Positions 12,013 through 25,458 are shown, counted from the first letter of the stretch. The stretch: DNA of 64,000 nucleotides from Octopus vulgaris (GCA_951406725.2 OX597831.1:73532001-73596000); one strand, 5' to 3'. The notes: generated from the letters alone by a model not told the origin. Numbers and translations are program-made.

Positions 12013-12444
12013 ACTTACGGCTATATGACCAGAGATGATGATGTTTAACAGGAGGTCAACCTCGAGCCAATTTATTATCCAGGATGGGAGCTCAGCCCTA
12101 GGTCAGCCTCTAGTCCAGCGTAAAGATTTCCCAGTAAGTGGTGATCTGAATGAAATTTGGCTGCTATTTCTAGCAGATCAATATGATGACAGATATGATG
12201 GTGGTGATGTGGATGACCATCCACTTTGATGTGCATTCCAAATGAGAAACCTTTCCAGTTGCATCCATCAGGCCACTCCAGCACGCCGAGACTGCAGACT
12301 CCAATAAACAGACAACAATGTTGTTTACATCTGGTGCAGCTTGCATCAGCCTCCCCCCCATGCGCCACCCACCCCTGCTGCACTCCGCCCCCTTCGGTAT
12401 TTCCTGGTTTGGTTTGCTTTTGTTGCTTTTGTGCTGTAGCCATT

Positions 12445-12960
12445 GGAGAGAGAGAGAGAGAGAGAGAGCGAGGGTGAAGAGAGAGCAAAAGAGAAATAGA
12501 TATAAATAGAGAGAGATAGTGATAGCTAGAGAGGGAAGTTGAGAGAGATAGAGTGAAGAGAGGGAGTGAGAAAGGGAAAGAAAACAAAGAGAGAACAGAG
12601 GAAATTAGAGAGAAAGTGATGGAGAGAGAGAGAGAAAGAAAAAGAGAGAGAGAGGGGGGAAGAGAGAGCAAAAGAGAAATAGATATAAATAGAGAAATAG
12701 TGATAGCTAGAGAGAGAATTTGAGAGAGATAGAGTGAAGAGAGGGAGTAAGAAAACAAAGAAAGAACAGAAAGTTAGAAAGAGAGAAAGAGAAAGTGATG
12801 GAGAGAGAGAGAGAGAGAGGGGGAAGAGAGAGCAAAATTATAATAGATATAGAGAGATAGTGGTAACTGGAGAATTTAAGAGAGACAGAGCTGAAGAGAG
12901 AGAGAGTAAGGGAGGGAGAGAAAGGAGAGAAAGGAGAGAGAGAGAGAACTAGAGAGAATG
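12445..12960. repeat. Purine-rich (GA) tract with ~180-bp internal triplication
   Basis: GAAGAGAGAGCAAAA...AGATAT...TAGTG block recurs near 12476, 12660 and 12823. Confidence 0.8.
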
Positions 12961-13513
12961 AAAGAATTATGGAGTGCCAGCAGCCATATTTGATGAGTCA
13001 GTGATTGGTGAGGAGAGATGGACGAAGATGAGGATGCTGACGCCGGTGCCGGCTGGTTTTTGTGGCTGACAGAATGGTTTTAGCAAAAAAAACAAAAAAA
13101 AAACAAAAAAAAAAAAAACACAATGATTGCAAAACTCCTTAGCAGACATCTTGTAAATAATTGATAAAAACAATTTTAAGACATTGGGTGGATAATACAG
13201 GACTGCTGCCATCATCATCATCATCATCATCATCACCACCGCCACTGCCGCCACCACCATGATGGTGATGACAATGGCAACCACCATCACCACTGCTCAT
13301 TGTTTCTACTATTACCATCATTAGAAACTACAAATGATAATGGAAAACTAACAGCACCACTTCCATCCAGTCCCACCACCATCTATTTCAAGACAAACAG
13401 CAGGACCTCCCCTCCCTCACTTCTGGTTTGCCATTTTTCCAGGGTCATTTCTCAAGACTTGTAGAATTAAAAAACGACGAGAAAAACAAAACAAAACAAA
13501 AGAAAAGTTTAAG

Positions 13514-13930
13514 GGTGCAGGACTGGCCGTGTGGTTCAGAAGCTTGCTTTGCAATCCCATGATTTCAGGTTCAATACCACTGTGCTGCACCTTGGGCAAA
13601 TGTCTTCTACTGTGGCCTTGGGTTGACCAACGTCTTGTGAGCGACTTTGGCTGATGGAACCTGTGTGGAAGCTGATCACATATATGACAAGCTTTCACAC
13701 ACCTACGTATGTAAATGAATGCATCTGTGGGTTTTTGTGTACATGTTTGTCCCCCTTTACCACTTTGCAACAGGTGTTAGTTTGTTTACATCCACATAAC
13801 AGTTTGGCAAAAAAACCCCCCAAAAAACTGAGAATGAGTAGTAGATCTTTAAAAAATCCCAAAAGTATTGGGGTTGATTTGTTGAGCTAAAACCCTTCAA
13901 AGCAATGCCCCAACATGGGCACTGTTCTAT
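13514..13930 (+). mobile_element. SINE family 1, diverged
   Basis: GGTGCAGGACTGGCCGTGTGG...CTTGGGCAAATGTCTTCTAC...GCCCCAACATGG. Confidence 0.75.
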
Positions 13931-14054
13931 GGCGAACAGAACACACACACACACACACCTGAGAGTTCCATATGAAAATGCCTTGAGTGCTATGGGCAAG
14001 ATGGCACCCAGTGCAACTTGTTGCATGGTTGGGTTGGTGGTGACTAAACCAGCA

Positions 14055-14287
14055 ATACCTATCTATTTCTTTATTACCCACAAGGGGCTAAACATAGAGG
14101 GGACAAACAAAGACAGACATAGGTATTAAGTCGATTACATCGACCCCAGTGCGTAACTGGTGCTTAATTTATCGACCCCGAAAGGATGAAAGGCAAAGTC
14201 GACCTTGGCGGAATTTGAACTCACAACGTAACGGCAGATGAAATACCGCAAAGCATTTCGCCCGGCGTGCTGACGCTTCTGCCAGCA
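14055..14287 (-). mobile_element. SINE family 2
   Basis: Near-consensus family 2: tRNA-like head, B-box GAGTTCAAATTCC, GCCTTTCATCCTTTCGGGGTCGATAAA core. Confidence 0.9.
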
Positions 14288-15822
14288 ATACCATCAATCT
14301 GCTTGGGTGGCTTTTGGACACCCTGGGCGATAAAAAAGAAAAACCATGAAAGGGGTGGTGAACTCAGAGGTATCAACATCCACCCAATCCGGATTTATAT
14401 ATAAAAGTATGTGTGAAGAGTTAGAAATGTCTGGTTTGGTACCCAGATATGTATTTAGCCAATTAGATTAGATTGGGGAAAGCAACTAACCCAAGAAATG
14501 AAGAACTCTAATAAAAAAACCCTGAGGTATGTTGTTCATTGAGTTTGCCGCAAAACAACTACACCAATTTTCTGCTATCAGCACTTCCTAAATATGAGCC
14601 TGGTTCCAAACAGGCCATCACTACTGAAAATAAAATCATCTTAGTAGGTAATCTAATAGCTAGGTTGTTGGACTTTCATGCATTGAAACTGATGGGAGAA
14701 TCTGATTTATAATATAAATATATATCATTTAATAAATGCAGTATCTAAGGTGGCAAGCTAGCAGAATCGTTAGCATTCTGAGCAAAATACTTAGTTCTGA
14801 GTTCAAAGTCTGCTGAGGTGGACTTTGCCTTTCATCTTTTCAGGGTTGATAAAATAAGCACCATTGGCCCCCATCCCTTGAAGTTGCTGGCCTTGTGCCA
14901 AAATTTGAAACCAATATACATAGTGTTTAAATATGAGCTTTTAATAGTTTCAGGCTGTGGAGACAGAATAATTTGGCAGATTAATACATCATGCCTTGTG
15001 TCTCCAAGCAAACCTTCTGGCTTGAATGTGCAATGTGGCTGGCTTTATTTTAAGAAATGAGAAAAGATGCCAGTCTATGAGAAAACATGAGAAAAAACGA
15101 GAGAAAGATGAATGCTTGCTTTTCCTTGTGTTTGCTCATAGACTAGCCATGTTGTATATTTGAGCCTGAAGAATTGCTTGGAGACACAAGGCATGGCATA
15201 AATCTGCCGAATTATCAGGTTTCCACAGCATGAAACTATTAATAGTTCATATTTAAATCCTGTGCCTATTAAATGGTATTAATCGTTCAGTGAATGGAGC
15301 ATCTTTTTTGTTGATTCTAGTCATAACAGACATCATCATTTAACTCATATTCCATGCTGGCATGGGTTGGACAATTTGATGGGTCCAAAGACTGCATCAG
15401 GCTCCACCAGCATCTATTTAGCCATGGCTTCCATGACTAGATGCCCTTCCTAATGCCGATCGCTTTGCACCATGTACTAGGTGCCTTTTTCATGGCACCA
15501 GCATTAGAGAGGTTGCCATGCCGCTTGTAGTATAAAAAAAATAGAAAAACGAACCCTTTCTCACCCAATACCTAAACCTATGAGTTTCGGAGCTGATGCG
15601 ATCCTGCAGATTTTCTGTAAACCAAGTTCTGTCCACAAGCTATTGGTCTGTTTGAAGTTACAGTAGATGACCCATACTCAAGGTATCATGCCCTGGGATC
15701 AAACCTAGAATCATTGGGTTGTGGAGCAGACCTCCTTACCACACAGCCAGGATCAGGCTTGGGTCAGTGGTTTTTAAAAGCAAAGTGCAACTTAAACATA
15801 TGCACACATCTGTGTGAGTGTG

Positions 15823-15882
<60 letters not shown>

Positions 15883-15883
15883 C

Positions 15884-16041
15884 CATACCGTTGGCGATTT
15901 TTTTTCCTCTGTCTTCCCTTCTCCTATGTTTCCGACGAAGAGCTCTGCTCGAAACGTTAAACCCTCCTTCTTTCCTGAGCGTCCAATAATACTATATTTG
16001 TTCTACGTCCTCACGTTTTTTTTGTGCTTTCTTGTTTGGAT

Positions 16042-16047
<6 letters not shown>
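15884..16047 (+). mobile_element. Short hammerhead-bearing element between (TA)n tracts (family H1)
   Basis: (TA)n on both sides, T-rich 3' part, contains an HHR-like motif; related copies at 52042-52170 (-) and 57145-57300 (+). Confidence 0.7.
15928..15962 (+). ncRNA. Minimal type I hammerhead-ribozyme-like motif
   Basis: GTTT-CCGACGA-a-GAGC(TCT)GCTC-GAAA-CG-TT-AAAC: stem I, CUGANGA-like core, stem II, GAAA, palindromic stem III, UH. Confidence 0.7.
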
Positions 16048-16080
<33 letters not shown>

Positions 16081-16609
16081 CAACCCATGCTAGCATGGAA
16101 AACGGATGCTAAACGACGACGATGATGATGATGATATATATATATACATACACACACACATACAGACATACATACATACATACATACACATACCCACACA
16201 TTGGACTGATAAATCAATGGAGAGAAAAGAGAGCACAAAATATAAAATATCAAAAAAAAAAAATAAATGATTGAAAAGAAGCAATTTTCCATGGTTTACT
16301 GATAAAACATTGACATTTTAGAGTTGGTCAACAGCGAGAGTGGCGGTGGCGGCGCCTGTGATGGAAATGGTGCAGATGGTGGTGCAGCAATGCATGAAGC
16401 ACTAAATTGCCGATGTTTATCTGTGGATATAGCTTATTAACTCTACACACACATACACACAGCTGGCTGCGATAGACATCTTGCATTTCTCCTCTGCACA
16501 CTGCTACACTGCAAAAGATCAGAAACTGTGAAATGCAAACAGAATTATACACACAGGAACACACAAACAACATAAGACACAAACGATACACTATGATGCA
16601 CATGCCTGA

Positions 16610-16669
16610 GTATGTGTGTGTGTGTGTATGTATATATACATATATATATGTATATATATATATACACAT

Positions 16670-16704
<35 letters not shown>

Positions 16705-16772
16705 CACACACACACGTATATATATATATATACACACACACGTATATATATATATATACACACACACGTATA

Positions 16773-16816
<44 letters not shown>

Positions 16817-16824
16817 TTATACAC

Positions 16825-16861
<37 letters not shown>

Positions 16862-16879
16862 TACATATATATAATACAC

Positions 16880-16928
<49 letters not shown>

Positions 16929-16965
16929 TATATATATACACACACACACACATACATATATATAT

Positions 16966-17016
<51 letters not shown>

Positions 17017-17022
17017 TACATA

Positions 17023-17089
<67 letters not shown>

Positions 17090-17090
17090 C
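16610..17090. repeat. Compound (TA)n(CA)n microsatellite
   Basis: Alternating TA and CA blocks. Confidence 0.96.
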
Positions 17091-17167
17091 ATCATCATCG
17101 TTTAACGTCCGCTTTCCATGCTAGCATGGGTTGGAGTATATATATATATATATATATATTGTATATG

Positions 17168-17508
17168 CTGAAACCCCCTTCAGTCATGACTGACCATGGG
17201 ATTGCACTTAGGAAGTTACACTCCCAGGCACAAGTCTAGGCAAGGTTGTTTATGGAAGACCAGCAGTCGCCCATTCATACCGGCCTCCCCTCTCCACGCC
17301 ACCAGTGTTATCCGAGGGAAAGGCAAAGGGGCCGATACAGCTTGGCACCTGTGACACTGCAACTCATTTCTATAGCTGAGTGAACTGGAGCAACGTGAAA
17401 TAAAGTGTCTTGCTCAAGAACACAACATGCAGCCCAGTCCGGGATTCGAACTCACAACCTCACAATCGTAAGCTTGACGCTCTAACTACTGAGCCATGCA
17501 CCTTCGCA
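17168..17508 (-). mobile_element. tRNA-derived SINE with CORE-like domain, family 3
   Basis: Reverse strand: TGGCTCAGTAGTTAGAGCG...GAGTTCGAATCCC, then TGTGTTCTTGAGCAAGACACTTTATTTCAC...CTCAGCT, resembling the CORE domain; second copy at 25225-25458. Confidence 0.8.
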
Positions 17509-17574
17509 TATATTGTATATATATATATATAGGTGTGTATGTATGTATGTATACATACAACATACATACACAGT

Positions 17575-17943
17575 ATTCTTATCTTGTTTCAGTCATTAGA
17601 TTGTGGCCATGCTGGGGCACTGTCCTGAAGAATTTTTAGTCAAATGAATTAATCCCAAGACTTATTATTTTAAGCCTGCTATTTATTCTGTTGGTCTCTT
17701 GTGGAACAATTAAGTTACAGGGACATAAACCAACCAACACCAGTTCTCATGTAGTGGTGGTCAACACAGACACATTCACACACAACAGGCTTCTTTCAGT
17801 TTCTTCCTATCAATTCCTCTCGCAAGGCTTTGGTCAGCCTGAGGCTATAGAAGACACTTGGCCAAAGTGCCACAAAGTGTGATTGAACCTAGAACCATGT
17901 AGTTGGGAAACAAACTTCTTACCACATAATTATGTCTTCACCT
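17575..17943 (-). mobile_element. SINE family 1, older subfamily
   Basis: Reverse-complement tail and head of family 1. Confidence 0.78.
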
Positions 17944-18096
17944 ATGTGTATGTGTGTGTGTATATATATTTGTAACTAATGTAGGATAAAATCTTTTCTG
18001 AGAAAAAATTTTAATCAATGGCCAGCATATCAAAAAATACCTTTAAAGGTTAAATTTATAAATAATTTACAAAATAAGGGCAAAAGAAAAATTCTA

Positions 18097-18285
18097 ATGC
18101 CAAATATGCCGAAAAAAAAGACAAAATTGTCAATAACCATTATAATTTATGCGTCTCGAAACAAACCGATAGAAATTTCTAAAAAATCCGTTATTACCGT
18201 ATTGGTCCCAATTTCCCGAAATTCCAGACGCATAAATTAGAATGGTTATTGAAAAGTTTTGTCTTTTTTTCGGCATATTTGGCAT
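18097..18285. repeat. Inverted repeat, 60-bp arms, ~70-nt spacer
   Basis: 18097-18156 versus 18226-18285, few mismatches; adjacent to (TA)n. Confidence 0.9.
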
Positions 18286-18287
18286 GT

Positions 18288-18319
<32 letters not shown>

Positions 18320-18522
18320 CAAAATGAGAAAATGGAGAAATATATCTTAATCAATCATCAACTATCAGATAATACCGAATCATATACTTTATTAAAACAC
18401 TACACAATATATATATATATATATACATACATACATATAAATCCATTCATTGGTTAAATAAAATGAGACAACAAAGCCAAGGTAGTGTGAAATTTCTAGG
18501 CTATTTTATAGAGAGAAGAGTA

Positions 18523-18570
18523 ATCTTACAGCTGTTTCAGGGATAGGAGGGATAACCCATCACCAGAGAT
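18523..18570 (-). ncRNA. Degenerate hammerhead-like motif (family H2)
   Basis: Reverse strand: ATCT-CTGGTGA-(tGGGTTATCCCTCCTATCCCt)-GAAA-CAGCTG-TA-AGAT. Confidence 0.55.
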
Positions 18571-18662
18571 GGTATGAGCAGGTTAAATAGGAGGAAGACA
18601 TAGAGTTCAATACAAGAAGTTATATACACACATATTTAATGGCATTATTTTATACATCTTAA

Positions 18663-18876
18663 CCCTTTTGTTACTGTATTTATTTTGAGATGCTCTGTTT
18701 CTTTCAATTAATTTTAAATATAACAAAGAATTTAGTGAAATAACTTGGTTATCATTAAGCTGGTGTTAGGAACATAAATTGTGACTAAGGTTTGGTGGAA
18801 GATTTTAATTCAGAACTTATGAAAACAAGACATTTGTACTACAGAGGCAGTCCCAGCCAATTTGTTATCAAAAGGG
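18663..18876. mobile_element. piggyBac-type MITE family A
   Basis: TTAA|CCCTTTTGTTAC...AAAGGG|TTAA. Confidence 0.88.
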
Positions 18877-18900
18877 TTAAAAATATCATGGTGACTTTAA

Positions 18901-19125
18901 CCCTTTTGTTACCATATTTCTGTTGAGATGTTCTGTGTTTCTTTCATTTAATTTTAAATATAACAAAGAATTTAGTAAAATAACTTAATTTATCATTAAG
19001 CTAGTGTTAGGAACATAAATTGTGACTAAGGTTTGGTGGAAGATTTTAATTCAAAACTTATTGAAAAGCAAGACATTTGTACTACAGAGCCAGAGCCGGT
19101 TTCAGTCGGGTTGGTAACGAAAGGG
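18901..19125. mobile_element. piggyBac-type MITE family A, adjacent second copy
   Basis: TTAA|CCCTTTTGTTAC...GTAACGAAAGGG|TTAA. Confidence 0.92.
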
Positions 19126-19469
19126 TTAACTGAGGTATATTCGCTCACACAACTGTATAAACATGAATGGTATATAAACCATTTATATACAGACGTGCAC
19201 ACGTAACACCATTAATGCTTATACAACTATACACACACCGTTTGACAGTTGCAGCTTTATTAGCCTGTATACAAAAGCAACTTAGAAAAATATTAGATGT
19301 GACTGGTGTATATATATATGTATGTGTGTGTGTGTGTAGACAAAACAGTCTCGTTAAATACTAAATCTTCAGGTGTTAAGTAGACTATGGAGGAATGACG
19401 CTAATTAAATACACATTTAGAAGAAGTGGCAAGATAGGGTGTGTGTGGTGGTGGAGGGGAATAACGAAC

Positions 19470-19586
19470 ACACACAATCATATGTGTGTATACATATACG
19501 CATAAGCAAACATTTTCACACATGCACACACACACACACATATATATATGCACACACAAGCATACATACATGCACACAGATGTATA

Positions 19587-19637
<51 letters not shown>

Positions 19638-19870
19638 GCATACATATATACAAACACAGATATATACATATATATATGTACATACACAGATATAAACATA
19701 CAAATATATACTCACACACACACATGTATGTGTGTATGTGCACATATTTGTACGTATATATCTGTGTGTGTACATATATCTATGTATATATCTGTGTGTG
19801 CATATATGTATATGTATGTGTGTGTGTGTGAATATATATGAATGTATGCATATGTGTGTGCGTGTGTGTA
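19470..19870. repeat. Degenerate (CA)/(TA)/(TG) microsatellite
   Basis: Dinucleotide low-complexity tract. Confidence 0.9.
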
Positions 19871-20279
19871 AATGCATCTCGAAAATTTCTATTCATGAGT
19901 GTTTAGTTATTTGATCAACTGGCCTACCACTTGTCTCACTGAATTATCGAAAAAATAGTTGAGTATTCCACAGACATATACATCCTCAATATAATCCTTG
20001 AGCAGAATCAGTATAACACGAGTGTGTAAAAACTGGGCCTTGGAATTATGGGGGAAAAATACAAACAAAAAGTGCCATGGAGTGGGATTGAACCTAGGAT
20101 CTCTTTATTAAGAAGAAAAAACTTCATAACCATTCAGTTGTACTGTATCTACACACACACACACACACTATTCGTCTAGTGTGTGTGTGTGTGTGTGTGC
20201 ATGTATGCTTATGTTGTATCTGTTTATGTCCCTTGACAGTGCAGTTCAACAAACAGAGATCAATGAAATAAGCCTTGGG

Positions 20280-20790
20280 AAGGCGGCAAGCTGGCAGAAA
20301 CGTTAGCACGCAGGGCGAAATGCTTAGCGGTATTTCGTCTGCCGCTACGTTCTGAGTTCAAATTTCGCCGAGGTCGACTTTGCCTTTCATCCTTTCGGGG
20401 TCGATTAAATAAGTACCAGTTATGCACTGGGGTCAATGTAATCGACTTAATCCGTTTGTCTGTCCTTGTTTGTCCTCTCTGTGTATAGCCCCTTATGGGT
20501 AGTAACGAAATAAGTATTTCGTCTGCCGTTACGTTCTGAGTTCAAATTCCGCCGAGGTCGACTTTGCCTTTCATCCTTTTGGGTTTGATAAATTAAGTAC
20601 CAGTTATGCACTTGTGGGTAGTAAAGAAATAGGTATGTCTGCCGTTATGTTCTGAGTTCAATTTCCGCTGAAGTCAACTTTACTTTTCATCCCAGTTATG
20701 CACTGGGGTCGATGTAATCGACTTAATCTCTTTGTTTGTCCTTGTTTGTTCCCTCTATGTTTAGCCCCCTGTGGGCAATAAATAAATAAA
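20280..20790 (+). mobile_element. SINE family 2, internally trimerised
   Basis: One head (AGGCGGCAAGCTGGCAGAAACG) followed by three body units starting GTATTTCGTCTGCC or a variant at 20330, 20514 and about 20633. Confidence 0.9.
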
Positions 20791-21264
20791 TAATAATAAT
20801 GGCAATGAGTTCAAGCTTAGGGCCACAGGGACAGGCATTTGCCAGTGAAGGTGGGTAGACTTAAAAAGCTGAACCTAGTGTATGACTGGTATTAACTTTA
20901 CCAACACCCTAAACGATGTCAAAATGCAAGATTTGAAGTCAGAACAGTTACTGTGAAAGCTCATTGCTCATATGTAAATCTGCATTATTTTTAATAATTA
21001 ATTAATTTGTTGTTAATTAGTACAATCTAAATTGGAAAAACCTTTCAGTTATTTGAAGAAACTTTTTGAAATTGTGTTTGTTCACTCATAATTTTCTAAT
21101 GTTTTTAGGAATGATTGTATGTGTGTGTATGTGCATATTTTTATTTGTGTGTGTGCATGTGTGTGTGTATGTTAGTGTGTGCATATGTGCACACACAGAC
21201 TTTTACTGTGGCCTTGCTGAGACACAGCCGATCAAACTGACACCCACCCACCCACTCCAAGGCT

Positions 21265-21682
21265 TATTTCTATTTCTTTACTACCCACAAGGGGCTAAAC
21301 ACAGAGAAGACAAACAAGGACAGACAAACGGATTAAGTCGATTACATCGACCCCAATGCATAACTGGTACTTAATTTATCAAACCCAAAAGGATGAAAGG
21401 CAAAGTCGACCTCGGCGGAATTTGAACTCAGAACGTAACGGCAGATGAAATACCTATTTCTTTACTACCCAGAAGGGGCTAAACATAGAGAGGACAAACA
21501 AGGACAGACAAACGGATTAAGTCGATTATATTGACTCCAGTGCATAACTGGTACTTAATTTATCGACCCTGAAAAGATGAAAGGCAAAGTCGACCTTGGC
21601 GGAATTTAAACTCAGAACGTAACAGCAGACGAAATGCCAAAAAGCATTTCGCCTGGTGCTAACGATTCTGACAGCTCGCCTT
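21265..21682 (-). mobile_element. SINE family 2, internally dimerised
   Basis: One head and two bodies, period 184 bp (21271 and 21455). Confidence 0.9.
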
Positions 21683-22047
21683 ATTATTATTATTATTATT
21701 ATTATTATTGTTATAAACAGTTCTCTAGAATGCAGGAATAGATTGCAGAGTTCCATAGAGTTGAACAAGTCAAAGAATCACATCTTTCTCTGATGTCTTA
21801 GCTTTGGCATGGTTTCTCTGGCTGGATGTTCTTCCTGATGCCAGCCATTTCACAGAGTGTACTGGATTTTTTTTCGATGAGGCACCAGCACCAAATAGTG
21901 TGTGTGTGTGTGTGTGTGGGTAAGAAGTATGCAGCTCAATCATGTGGCTTCATGTTCAATCCCAATGCATGGACAAGTGTCTTATACTATAGTCCTTGGT
22001 CAGCCTATGCTTTGTCAGGTAATTTGGTAGATGGAAACTGAAAGAAG

Positions 22048-22092
<45 letters not shown>

Positions 22093-22289
22093 AACTCGTG
22101 AAGTTTGTTGACTTTTTCTGTCAACAAAATTGTTATCTCTGTGCATTTGAAATCCTTTGCAATAAAAATCCTTTCTTTGGAAACCAAGCAAGGGTTGGTG
22201 ACAGAAAGAGCACCCTGTTATAAAAAAATTCTAACTCAGAATTTCATTCTCATCCAATCAATGCCACCATGGAAACCAGACATTATAGA

Positions 22290-22538
22290 AGAGAGAGAGA
22301 GGGAGAGAGAAAGAGAGGGGAATGGGGAGAGGGAGAGAGAAAGAGAGAGGGGAATGGGGAGAGGGAGAGAGAAAGAGAGAGGGGAATGGGGAGAGGGAGA
22401 GAGAGGGGGAGAGAAAGAGAGAGGGGAATGGGGAGAGGGAGAGAAAGAGAGAGAGGGAGAGAGAAAGAGAGAGGGCAATGGGGAGAGGGGGAGAGAAAGA
22501 GAGAGGGGAATGGGGGAGAGGGAGAGAGAGAGAGAATG
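22290..22538. repeat. GA-rich ~30-bp minisatellite
   Basis: GAGGGAGAGAGAAAGAGAGAGGGGAATGGGGA repeated about 6 times. Confidence 0.9.
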
Positions 22539-23436
22539 GAATGCTGTGACATTGTTGGCTGTCAGTGAAACAAAGGAATATTTCTCTGAAACTGAAACCA
22601 TGTTGAAGACTGGTCATTGGGATTGAAGTGGACTTTATCAAAGACTATGACCAGAACTGAGCTAGACTTTGTGTTATAAAGTGTGATCCTCGTCCACTTG
22701 TATGTTATTGTTGGCACTGTAATATTCTTGTTGCCACGTCTTATAATCCTTGACTCTTCTATCCCTGCTATCACTGAAAGCTCCACTAGACAATGACTTT
22801 GAAACATCTACCTTGATGGCACCTCAAACTCATATAAAGCATGTAACTGACACTGACTCCAGCTGAGAACTCGGACAATGACTCTACCACTACTGAGTTC
22901 TACAGTGAACGACTATCTGACTTTATAGTGGCTGTGTCATACCACTTTGTCACGTGGGTTGGTAGGGAGTACCATTTTCACTACAACACTTTGGTAGAAA
23001 CTTACCAGGCTTTAGCAGAGACCTAACACTCTTTAGATACACAGAAACATTATCACTAATATTATTTTTTTTTGTAATATTCAATATTAATACATATCTT
23101 GTTTCAGTTATATCAAACAAATCAACTCCAGAGCTTATTTTTTATATTTCAGTTGGGTACTTATTCTATTGGTCTCTTTGGCTGAACTGCTAAGTTACAA
23201 AAATGTAAAGAAGTCAACACAAGTTGTCAAGTAACGAAGCCACAAACACACAAATAGGCTTCTATACAGTTTCTGCCTACCAAATTCACTTACAAGACAC
23301 TTGCCTCAAGTACTGGACATTAGGAACTGAACCCAAAACCACATGATTGCAAAGCAAGCTCCCTAACCACACATCCATGATGCAACTCCCTATGTCTCTA
23401 TCTATATTCATATATATTTAAATTTTCATTATTTTC

Positions 23437-23615
23437 TTCAGTGGATTCTTTTTGATATAAAGCTATTTTCTTCTTGCTTATTTCTTCATCTCATATTTAT
23501 GACATTAATGCCATCCTGGGTCAATACAAAAAAAAAAAAACCCCAAAAAACCACTCAATCAGTGTCAAAGAAATGTCAAGAGAAAATAGCTTTATATCAA
23601 AAAGAATCCACTGAA
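23437..23615. repeat. Perfect 35-bp inverted repeat, possibly a MITE
   Basis: TTCAGTGGATTCTTTTTGATATAAAGCTATTTTCT at 23437-23471 and its exact reverse complement at 23581-23615. Confidence 0.88.
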
Positions 23616-23814
23616 TTTCTAAATTTGGTTATAATAGTTATTTCATGTAGGTGAAAAACTCAGTTAATCGTTAAAACCGATTATGATTAATTTTATTCAC
23701 AACATCCCAGAATACAGATTAGTTTTGGTAGGATATTTTAATCATTAAACATGCTTTCTCTTCCAGAACTGTTGAATTGACTTGGTTAGAACAGAGTAGG
23801 ATCAATAATATATA

Positions 23815-24028
23815 TTCTTTTACTTGTTTCAGTCATTTGACTGTGGCCATGCTGGAGCACCGCCTTTAGTCGAGTAAATTGACCCCAGGACTTATTCTTT
23901 GTAAGTCTAGTACTTATTCTATCAGTGTCTTTTGCCGAACTGCTAAGTTACAGGATGTAAACACCAGCATCAGTTGTCAAACAATGACGGGGAGAAAAAC
24001 AGACACATAAACATATACACATACATAT

Positions 24029-24059
<31 letters not shown>

Positions 24060-24232
24060 CACATATACACGATGGGCTTCTTTCAGTTTCCATCTACCAA
24101 ATCCACTCACAAGGCTTTGGTCAGCCCAAGGTTATAGAAGAAGACACTTGCCCAAGGTGCCATGCAGTGGGACCGAACCTGGAACCATGTGGTTGGTAAG
24201 CAAGGTACTTACCACACAGCCACTCCTGTGCC
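23815..24232 (-). mobile_element. SINE family 1, full length
   Basis: Reverse complement of the family 1 consensus. Confidence 0.9.
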
Positions 24233-24721
24233 TCTATATCAACATTATTTTAACATCAGGAGGCTGACTGATGAAGGTCATAACCTTTACCTTCTGACTG
24301 AAGAACAAATAAATAGAATAGTTTAAAAGAAGGTTTGGGGGAGGGGGAAATCCCAACATAATCTGAGATATGACTTCAGTATTTCTCGCGCCTTCTCAAA
24401 CCCAGCAGTATTCCACTCATCTCTCTACTTTCTTACAATTCTCTACGCCTGACTGTGTCTTACAGTCAACAGGTAACACTCAACTTATCTCTCTCCAGGG
24501 CCACACTCAACTCATCTCTCTGCAAGGCTGCATTCAGTCTCTCTCAAAAGTCACACTCAATTTATTCTCCCCTTCAGAAATGGAGAATTTATCAGAAAAG
24601 GCTTTAGAAATTTTAAAGAATTTCTTTGAATTCTCAGATTCTCCAGCTAAAGCAAACCTCCATGAAGATGCCCAGAAGGAGGATTTAGGTTAAGATACAT
24701 GAGTTTATTAAGAGTCAAATA

Positions 24722-24888
24722 TATTTCTTTATTACCCACAAGGGGCTAGACGTAGAGGGGACAAACAAGGACAGACAAAGGTATTAAGTCGATTACATCG
24801 ATCCCAGTTTGTAACTGGTACTTAATTTATCGACCCTGAAATGATGAGAGGCAAAGTTGACCTTAGTGGAATTTGAACTCAGAACATA
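24722..24888 (-). mobile_element. SINE family 2, head-truncated
   Basis: Family 2 body and tail. Confidence 0.82.
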
Positions 24889-25224
24889 GAGTCTCAAACA
24901 ACACTGAATCAGCAAAGCTTGAGTTTAAAGAAGGCAAGTAAAAAGAAATCTAGCATTTAATTGGGACACATCTCACGTATGGTTAACGAAGGCTACAATA
25001 ATTAATGCCTTAACTGTTGATTTGTTTATTGGTATATGTTTTTATCACCAGCATTCAATGAACAATGGATCACTCACTGGTTTGTAGTATTTACCATGGT
25101 GAGAATAAGAGAGTGTGGGATAGTGTGCAACATGGGCAGAATAAATACCACAAGGTATTTTTACTTGAAAGAACTGGTATCTGAGTGGACGATACTCACA
25201 CAAGTTATTACTTTGCATCCAATG

Positions 25225-25458
25225 AAGTTGTTTGTGGAAGACTAGCAGTCACCCATGCATACCAGCCTCTCCTCTTATCCAAGGGAAAGGCAAAGGGGTC
25301 GATACAGCTTGGCACCTGTGATGTTGCGACTCATTTTTACAGCTGAGTGAACTGGAGCAACGTGAAATAGAGTGTCTTGCTCAAGAACACAACACAGCCC
25401 AGGAATCAAACTCACTACATCACGATTGTAAGCCCAACACTCTAACCCCTGAGCCACC
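25225..25458 (-). mobile_element. SINE family 3 (CORE-like), partial
   Basis: Homologous to 17245-17495. Confidence 0.78.

Noticed and set aside
12075-12952. 227-aa Leu/Ser-rich and Glu/Arg-rich ORFs (also at 22.1-22.6 kb)
   Set aside because: Products of (GA)n/(TC)n tracts.
22562-22920. Possible Ingi/Vingi-type LINE remnant (IAGIEESRIIRR)
   Set aside because: Only a weak motif resemblance; cannot be supported without a profile search.
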